Origin: Candidatus Margulisiibacteriota bacterium
GTDB lineage: Bacteria; Margulisbacteria; WOR-1; O2-12-FULL-45-9; XYB2-FULL-48-7
Direction: 5' to 3'
DNA length: 64,000 bases
NCBI GenBank assembly: GCA_041661965.1
Contig: JBAZTH010000003.1
Span: 5,107 to 69,106, forward strand
The stretch's first letter is position 1, and each line of letters starts with the position of its first letter. The notes below the pieces were generated by a model. The model did no database searches. It worked only from the letters and a program-made list of their open reading frames with translations, and was not told the DNA's origin. Shown one piece after another: positions 58,073 through 64,000 of the stretch. The position numbers and the translations under genes are program-made.

Positions 58073-59065
58073 ATGAGTACTATACCTAACATTGGTTCCT
58101 CAAGCAGGCTTTCATCGAGATGGGTGGTTTCTTGCCCACCCTCAATTCCGGCGTCGCGTTCTTCCGGGCTTAGCCCGTTAGCGCAGAGCCTCCCAACCCT
58201 TAATTTTCATGCTTTACCGTCGATCAAAGACCAACCGATCGCCTTAAACATCCAAGGAACGCAAGTTACTTTGAGCGACAGCAATAAAATTGGCCAGGGT
58301 GGAATGGCGGCGGTTTACAAGGTTTTTGCCGATGGACGGGAGCTGGCGGCGAAATATACGAGTATCCCCAAATTGGCGGCTTTTTTACGGAAGGAAGGGG
58401 TGTTTGGTTCCCAGCTTAATTCCGCGCCTGGTTTCCATCAGGTCTACGGAGTGGCCGATGCTGGAGGAGGGGCGGTCCTTTTAATGGATTTTATTCCAGG
58501 CGAAAAAGCCTCAAGGTTGGCGGGGATTCTTCCCCAAGCAACAGTAATCAGGTGCATCAGAGACATCAGCTTGCGACTGTATGAAGCGCATTTGCAGGGG
58601 ATAATTCACCGGGACATTAAAACCGAGAATATCATGATTGAGATAGAAAACGGCCGGCACGTCAAATCAAGTTTATTTGATTTCGGCCTGGCCACGACCG
58701 TTGACGAACAGCGGCGTCAGTCCGGTCTTATGGTTGGAACGCCGGCGTTTTTTTCTCCGGAACAAGCCCGCGGTCAAGCCCTTGATCCGCGGTCGGACCT
58801 TTACTCTCTTGGGGTCGTGTTTTATGAAATGCTGACCGGGCGCAATCCAATCGATCCGAGAAATGACATGCCGGCTTATGACCTGATAAACAGTGTCGCC
58901 CTTGGAACGGTCGCCCCCGACCTCACCAAATTGCCCGTCGAACTTCGCCCAATAATCGGTAAAATGTTGGAGCGTAATCGCGAAACCCGCTATCAGGATT
59001 GCCTGGCTGTTTTTCTGGACCTGGCAACCGTCCTGGAAAACATGGGGCTCGACCCGAATTCTTAA
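58073..59065 (+). CDS. Hanks-type Ser/Thr protein kinase (330 aa)
   Basis: GQGGMAAVYKV; AAKY (Lys); IIHRDIKTENIMI; DFGLA; GTPAFFSPEQ. Confidence 0.8.
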   Translation: MSTIPNIGSSSRLSSRWVVSCPPSIPASRSSGLSPLAQSLPTLNFHALPSIKDQPIALNIQGTQVTLSDSNKIGQGGMAAVYKVFADGRELAAKYTSIPKLAAFLRKEGVFGSQLNSAPGFHQVYGVADAGGGAVLLMDFIPGEKASRLAGILPQATVIRCIRDISLRLYEAHLQGIIHRDIKTENIMIEIENGRHVKSSLFDFGLATTVDEQRRQSGLMVGTPAFFSPEQARGQALDPRSDLYSLGVVFYEMLTGRNPIDPRNDMPAYDLINSVALGTVAPDLTKLPVELRPIIGKMLERNRETRYQDCLAVFLDLATVLENMGLDPNS

Positions 59066-59108
59066 ACCGAGTGAAATTTCCCGCTCCTACCCACGATAAC
59101 TAACCGTA

Positions 59109-59954
59109 ATGCTAAAGGTTATTTTCCAACCACAACGGGCCGGGTTTTTACCGGCGGACTTTGCCGGCCGCCGGCTCTCGCCGGCCAAGAACGGCCGGGT
59201 TGAATTAGCCCAATTGGGGCGGCCGCTCCCTGTCGCGCAAGATGACGTGAAGGCCCGTCCGCCGATGATTGGTATTTATGGGCTGGTGGCAAAAATAGCG
59301 GTCGCGGTCGTTGTCGACGTCAATCATTTGCCGGAGGCGATTAAAGCGCCGTATCTTTTGGCCGGAGAGGAATTTGCCAGGGATTTTGAACAGTATCTTT
59401 CCGCCGTCGTCTTTTTTGATTCGATCAAAGGACGGAACGGCGAATGGAACAATGGTTTTGAGCTCTCCATGCTGGGGTTAGATGGGCAGTCCTTTAGCCA
59501 TTTAACGGCGGATGCCACGTCGGAGATTTCCCGGTCCGATGGTCGAGGGGTTGTTTTTTTGAGCTCTACCGCGCCCGAAGGGAACTTGATCCCGGGCGAA
59601 GAACTCCACTGGAGCCTTAGTTGGTTTATTGGGCGGCTTCGTGTCGGGAACTTACCGCTAGGGGAGACGGGCCGCGATTGCGCCGCGGCTATTTATCAAT
59701 CGAAAATGCTGCGGCATTTTATTTCCGGCAAAATGCGGACCGATCAGGGCTTTTATTATGACCCCTTGCTAAGGCAATATTTAAACTGCTTGGTCGGCTT
59801 TAACGAGCTTATTATCAGTAAAGCCAGCTTGCTGACGGAGCCGGAAAAAAACACGATCGCCGCTCATCATGAGAGGGGCTGGTCGATCGACAGCGTGATC
59901 AAGTTTAACCGAATAACCGTTGAGGGCTATCTGACTGCTCTGCAGGAGACGTAA
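59109..59954 (+). CDS. Hypothetical 281-aa protein, downstream partner of a Ser/Thr kinase; paralogue of 55251-56186
   Basis: See the paralogue. Confidence 0.45.
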   Translation: MLKVIFQPQRAGFLPADFAGRRLSPAKNGRVELAQLGRPLPVAQDDVKARPPMIGIYGLVAKIAVAVVVDVNHLPEAIKAPYLLAGEEFARDFEQYLSAVVFFDSIKGRNGEWNNGFELSMLGLDGQSFSHLTADATSEISRSDGRGVVFLSSTAPEGNLIPGEELHWSLSWFIGRLRVGNLPLGETGRDCAAAIYQSKMLRHFISGKMRTDQGFYYDPLLRQYLNCLVGFNELIISKASLLTEPEKNTIAAHHERGWSIDSVIKFNRITVEGYLTALQET

Positions 59955-60559
59955 TGAAGATCAATAAAGTTCGCGCGTTAATGCCGCTGGTCCTGGCCGG
60001 TGCGCTGGCCGGTTGTCAGACAAAAAATACGGCTATTCATAAAGACCCGACCGCGCCGGTTGCTCCGGCCAAAAAGACGGTCTGGCCGCCAAACTATGAA
60101 TATTTTATCGCTCATACTATTGCCGTTAAAAATATCAACCTTAAGAATTACGGCTGTGTCGGCGTTGGCGATAGCTTTGACCGGGACTTCAACGGGACTG
60201 AAGCGAGCGCGGTGGAAAATGTCCGCCAGGCGATGTTTTCGGCCCACCGGAGTTATTTCTCCAGCTGTCGGCTGGCAACGGCCGGCGATAAGCAGCCAAC
60301 AATAGCGAAGTCGATCGATCCGAAGGAGCCGAACTCGCCGCTTTATATGACGATCGCCGGGTCGGATGGGGTTGTCGACAGTTACATCCTGATTTATCGG
60401 CAAGATAAACTATTCCACGCCACCGCTATTGCCGCTGACGGGATCGCCATGGTTAAGGCGGGGGGAAAGCTGAATACTTTTGTCGGGACGATGACCGCTG
60501 AAGGCTGTACGCCGACGATCCCCGATCTTAGTTTGTTGCTGATTTTGAGAGGCAAATAG
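59954..60559 (+). CDS. Predicted lipoprotein (201 aa)
   Basis: Signal with lipobox LAGALAGC. Confidence 0.5.
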   Translation: MKINKVRALMPLVLAGALAGCQTKNTAIHKDPTAPVAPAKKTVWPPNYEYFIAHTIAVKNINLKNYGCVGVGDSFDRDFNGTEASAVENVRQAMFSAHRSYFSSCRLATAGDKQPTIAKSIDPKEPNSPLYMTIAGSDGVVDSYILIYRQDKLFHATAIAADGIAMVKAGGKLNTFVGTMTAEGCTPTIPDLSLLLILRGK

Positions 60560-61021
60560 ATGGGGATTACGCGAGTTTATCATCGCGTCATGGGGGCGCT
60601 TGGTTCGGAAAGTTCACAAGCCAAACTACTGAAGTCCGGCCAACTTCCTAACCGGACGATCCTCCGTTTGGCGTTTACTTCAAGTAACAACCTTAGGCTG
60701 GCCGCCTGGGCGGCGATCAACGCCCGGCCGGAAATTATCTGCGGCGGGGCGCAAAGGGACGAGTTTGGGGTAAAGCGCCTGTTACCGGACGCGGAACTGG
60801 TCTTAAGACAACGGGAAACGGAACCGAAAACGGTTGCCCGGGTTTTGCATTATTTATGTTCCGACGAAGCCAGGGAACTGACCTATGTAATCGATCTGTT
60901 AAGTGAGCACAGCGCAAACAAGCAAGGGGACATTGTCTCCGAACTTGGCAAGATCAACCTTCCTTTGGCGAAAAGAATAGTCGCGATTTGGCAAAGAAGC
61001 CGCGGAAATAAACCAGAGTAA
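60560..61021 (+). CDS. Hypothetical 153-aa protein
   Basis: ORF contiguous with the lipoprotein gene (TAGATG junction). Confidence 0.35.
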   Translation: MGITRVYHRVMGALGSESSQAKLLKSGQLPNRTILRLAFTSSNNLRLAAWAAINARPEIICGGAQRDEFGVKRLLPDAELVLRQRETEPKTVARVLHYLCSDEARELTYVIDLLSEHSANKQGDIVSELGKINLPLAKRIVAIWQRSRGNKPE

Positions 61022-61131
61022 TCCACTTCTTCTGACGATCTGCCCACCTATAGGCCGACTTCTACCTTGTTCTCACGGCACCCTTCATTACCCCAAAACA
61101 TTGACTCTCAAAGAGGGGCACTGCACATGAT

Positions 61132-61170
61132 AAACGGAAACCAGCGGCAATATCGCCGCGGTTTCCGTTT
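61132..61170. repeat. Palindromic element AAACGGAAACC-AGCGGCAATATCGCCGC-GGTTTCCGTTT, copy 1; copy 2 at 63102-63133
   Basis: Core CGGAAACC(A/T)GCGGCAATATCGCCGCGGTTTCC is identical in both copies except for 1 nt; the copies bracket the AT-rich islet. Confidence 0.75.
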
Positions 61171-61242
61171 CCCGACTAAATATGTTTTTTCAGCAGTCTT
61201 AGATTGACTCTATGAGGCGAGAATGGGAGAATAGGCCGCTTT

Positions 61243-61956
61243 ATGAATATGTTAATTTCAAAATCCTCAGATCTTGCCCCTTATATTGACCACACCCTTT
61301 TGAGAAAAGAGGCTACTGAAAATGATATTGAAAAGCTTTGCCTCGAAGCTAAGCAATACGATTTTTATTCGGTTTGTATAAGATTTCAATGGGTTAGAAA
61401 AGCTAAAGAATTGTTGAAAGGAACACAAGTAAAAGTGTGTTCAGTTGTAGGGTTTCCGCTTGATTCTGTTCAAGCTGAAAATTGCCATTTTGGTGCTATG
61501 TCTACTAAAGAAAAAGTGGGTGAAGCCCAAATGGCGATTGCTGATGGGGCGAACGAATTGGATATGGTTATTAATATTGATGCCTTAAAGAAAGGCGATT
61601 ATGAATATATAAAAAACGATATCAACTCGGTTAAAAAGGCTGCGGGTAATAAAACATTAAAGGTTATCATTGAAACGGCTATGCTTAATGAGGAGCAAAA
61701 GAAACAAGCGTGTCAATTAGCACAAGAGGCTGGGGCCGATTATGTTAAAACCTCAACAGGATACGTTAAAGATCAAACAGGCAAGACGCTTGGCGCAACG
61801 ATTGAAGATGTGAAATTGATGAGAGAGATTGTTGGAGGTGATTTTGGGGTTAAGGCTTCCGGTGGAATTAGTGATTATAAAAAAGCAAAAGCCATGATAG
61901 AAGCTGGTGCAAATAGGCTGGGGTGTTCGGCATCGGTTGAGATAGTGAAAGAATGA
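61243..61956 (+). CDS. deoC: Deoxyribose-phosphate aldolase
   Basis: DHTLL..., VCSVVGFP, and VKTSTGY (Schiff-base Lys) motifs; AT-rich codon usage unlike the flanking genome. Confidence 0.75.
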   Translation: MNMLISKSSDLAPYIDHTLLRKEATENDIEKLCLEAKQYDFYSVCIRFQWVRKAKELLKGTQVKVCSVVGFPLDSVQAENCHFGAMSTKEKVGEAQMAIADGANELDMVINIDALKKGDYEYIKNDINSVKKAAGNKTLKVIIETAMLNEEQKKQACQLAQEAGADYVKTSTGYVKDQTGKTLGATIEDVKLMREIVGGDFGVKASGGISDYKKAKAMIEAGANRLGCSASVEIVKE

Positions 61957-62588
61957 ATTGTTTTAAATTAGGGAGGAATGAGATGGATAATAAAGAGTAC
62001 GAATTAAAATTTAAATATGCATGGAACTGGTTTAAGTATCATGCTGTTCAGCGCTATTCATCATTTTATTATTATTTGATAATTATCGGTGCATTGGCTT
62101 ATGGATATATTCAAGGTAATTGTGCGCCAAGAATAAAGCTGATTATTTCTCTATTCGGGGTAATTGTTTCGTTGGCTTTTATTTTTATTGAGAAGCGTAA
62201 CGCTGATTTGGTCGATTGTGGCAGATTAGCGTTAGATGCCTTGGAAAAGGATAAAAAATGTGTTCTTAGCACCTCATATATTAGGTGCAGAGATAGGAAA
62301 AGTAGTTGCGGAGGTAAAAAGGGCAATGTGGAATGGATCAGAACACATACATTTTGGTTTAGGGCGATTATATGCACTGTTTTTACTATATCACTGTTTG
62401 CAATGGTTGATATTATTGTTAATAACTGGGGCAAAATAATGTCTAATATTGTTAATCCGTTAAATTGGATAATACTAATAGTTACATTGGTTGGTTTTAT
62501 TGTTTTTGTAATAATTGCTTGCTCTTCCCTTAAAAGGGTTGTTAATATTAAGATTCCGGATGATTGTTGGAATGGGGACTGCAAATGA
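61953..62588 (+). CDS. Hypothetical membrane protein (211 aa; AT-rich islet)
   Basis: Several hydrophobic helices; overlaps the deoC stop. Confidence 0.4.
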   Translation: MNCFKLGRNEMDNKEYELKFKYAWNWFKYHAVQRYSSFYYYLIIIGALAYGYIQGNCAPRIKLIISLFGVIVSLAFIFIEKRNADLVDCGRLALDALEKDKKCVLSTSYIRCRDRKSSCGGKKGNVEWIRTHTFWFRAIICTVFTISLFAMVDIIVNNWGKIMSNIVNPLNWIILIVTLVGFIVFVIIACSSLKRVVNIKIPDDCWNGDCK

Positions 62589-62622
62589 AGTTGGGGTATT
62601 CAAACTATATGGTTTTCTCATG

Positions 62623-62958
62623 TTAACCTTATCAGCAAGAATCCTTGCCATTCTCTACATCGCCTTTATCAGCCTTTTCGCCTTAGATGCCTTTAACGGT
62701 GGTTTTAGCTGGCCGGGGACGGTGATCGCGTTATTCATCCACCTTATCCCAACTTTTATCCTGATCTCTTGCCTTGCCGTCGCCTGGAAAAGGGGAGTGA
62801 TCGGCGGGAGCCTTTTTCTGGCAGTGGGAATATTCTTTACTCTCTGGTTTAGGACCTATCAGCGGCTAGATGTCTTCCTCTTAATTAGTTTCCCGTTGCT
62901 GTTGATCGGCGCGCTGTTTATAATAAGTGGGAGACCGACTAGAGGTCTTCGGGACTAA
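62623..62958 (+). CDS. Small membrane protein (about 111 aa; 3-4 TM helices)
   Basis: ORF track frame 62515-62958 with the likely start at M 62623; hydrophobic throughout. Confidence 0.35.
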   Translation, partial: LTLSARILAILYIAFISLFALDAFNGGFSWPGTVIALFIHLIPTFILISCLAVAWKRGVIGGSLFLAVGIFFTLWFRTYQRLDVFLLISFPLLLIGALFIISGRPTRGLRD

Positions 62959-62985
62959 CTATTCGACCGGCGACCGCCGAAGCGG
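62939..62985 (-). pseudogene. 47-nt duplicated fragment of the leuC 3' end (encodes [15 protein letters not shown]) lying 310 bp from the real leuC terminus
   Basis: The reverse complement reads gcc gct tcg gcg gtc gcc ggt cga ata gtt agt ccc gaa gac ctc tag. This is nearly identical to 63297-63343, which is the true end of leuC. Confidence 0.65.
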
Positions 62986-63101
62986 CCGTTAAGTAATAAA
63001 CCCAATTCTTTTTTTCGGCTTTTCTTCAACTTGAAGGGTTCTTTCTCTATGGAGCATGGAGTTATGGTGGCTGAGGAGGGGAAGCGGCAATTGCTAGACT
63101 C

Positions 63102-63133
63102 GGAAACCTGCGGCAATATCGCCGCGGTTTCCT
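63102..63133. repeat. Palindromic element copy 2 (CGGAAACCTGCGGCAATATCGCCGCGGTTTCC)
   Basis: See copy 1. Confidence 0.75.
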
Positions 63134-63203
63134 TGTTATTGAGGGCAAAGAAACTTGGAACCGCGACGTTCAGTCGCAGGTTCCACTAGAAAGATTAAAG
63201 ATA

Positions 63204-63224
63204 CCCCACCGCAAGCGGTGGGGA
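63204..63224 (-). terminator. Probable intrinsic terminator of leuC (CCCCACCGCTTGCGGTGGGG followed by a T-rich tract on the minus strand)
   Basis: Hairpin plus downstream TATCTTTAATCTTTCT on the minus strand. Confidence 0.5.
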
Positions 63225-63294
63225 GTTAGGTCAGAATGTTGACCTCTTTTATTCTTGTTGTCCTTTAAGGTCACAATTTGTGACCTTAAAAGTT

Positions 63295-64000
63295 TTAGAG
63301 GTCTTCTGGGCTAACTATCCGACCGGCAACCGCTGAAGCGGCGGCGACGGCGACGTTGGAGAGGTAGACTTCCGATTTGGGATGGCCCATCCGGCCGACA
63401 AAGTTGCGGTTGGTCGTGGCGATCGCTCTTTCCCCTTCAGCCAAAATCCCCATGTGGCCGCCAAGACACGGCCCGCAGGTCGGGGTCGAGACGGCCGCTT
63501 CCGCTTTCAGGAAAATATCGAACAACCCTTCTTTCATCGCCTGTTCGTAGATCTTTTGAGTTGCCGGGATAATGATCAGGCGGACATCTTTGTGTTTCTT
63601 TTTCCCTTTAAGGACCTTGGCCGCGATCCGGAGATCTTCGATCCGGCCGTTAGTGCAGGAGCCGATGACCGACTGGTCGATCTTTACCGACTTGCATTGG
63701 CTGACCGGTTTGGTGTTGCTGGGGAGATGAGGGAAGGAGACCTGCGGTTCGATCTTGGAAACGTCCCAATCGTAAACCTGGACGTATTCGGCGTCCGGGT
63801 CGGAAGTATAAATAGTGCCTTTTCCCGCTTTGACCTTCTTTAGGTAGGCGACGGTCTTGGCGTCGGCCGGGAAGATCCCGTTCTTGCCGCCCGCTTCGAT
63901 CGCCATATTGGCCATCGTCATCCGTCCCTCGACCGAGAGGGCGTCGATCGCCGGGCCGGTAAATTCCATCGACATGTAACGAGCGCCGTCGACCCCGATC
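63295..64000 (-). CDS. leuC: 3-isopropylmalate dehydratase large subunit, C-terminal part; gene continues beyond the window end (N-terminus missing)
   Basis: Aconitase-family Fe-S ligand motifs (...GSCTNGR..., ...TPTCGPCLG...); the reading frame stays open to the window edge. Confidence 0.8.
   Translation of the reverse strand, partial: IGVDGARYMSMEFTGPAIDALSVEGRMTMANMAIEAGGKNGIFPADAKTVAYLKKVKAGKGTIYTSDPDAEYVQVYDWDVSKIEPQVSFPHLPSNTKPVSQCKSVKIDQSVIGSCTNGRIEDLRIAAKVLKGKKKHKDVRLIIIPATQKIYEQAMKEGLFDIFLKAEAAVSTPTCGPCLGGHMGILAEGERAIATTNRNFVGRMGHPKSEVYLSNVAVAAASAVAGRIVSPEDL

Overview
Window from a moderately high-GC (about 58%) bacterial genome with Gram-negative-type envelope genes (hldE, gmhB, an OstA/LptC-like gene), read from sequence alone. 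Recognisable housekeeping content: trxB (partial), ADP-heptose genes hldE and gmhB, a recR–membrane protein–porGDAB (pyruvate:ferredoxin oxidoreductase)–hup–AAA/R3H ATPase operon, nadB, a lexA–rSAM/DUF4130 DNA-repair cassette, a sensor histidine kinase, thiE, leuB/leuD/leuC (dispersed), deoC, tRNA-Gln(CTG), tRNA-Ile(GAT), and one complete 16S rRNA gene followed by a terminator with no 23S in the window. Accessory content: an NHEJ locus (two tandem Ku genes and a split LigD next to a DUF72 gene); two AT-rich islets (one at tRNA-Gln carrying an ankyrin-repeat membrane protein, one next to leuC flanked by a repeated palindromic element and a duplicated leuC 3' end); and four Hanks-type Ser/Thr kinases, each next to a small partner protein of one of two paralogous families. 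The most striking locus (26.9–38.1 kb, minus strand) is a tightly coupled operon. It encodes a 330-aa protein, then a 1191-aa double-AAA+ Clp/Hsp100-like ATPase with large unique extensions, then five tandem paralogous genes. The five share a conserved about 110-aa N-terminal domain plus a degenerate FGE-sulfatase (SUMF1/'FGS') motif region but have divergent C-termini, and they carry near-identical DNA tracts indicating recent gene conversion. I consider this a candidate undescribed ATPase-plus-diversifying-sensor/effector array. A second candidate is a lipoprotein(1056 aa)–small protein–radical-SAM/SPASM operon beside the heptose genes. No CRISPR arrays or transposases were recognised.
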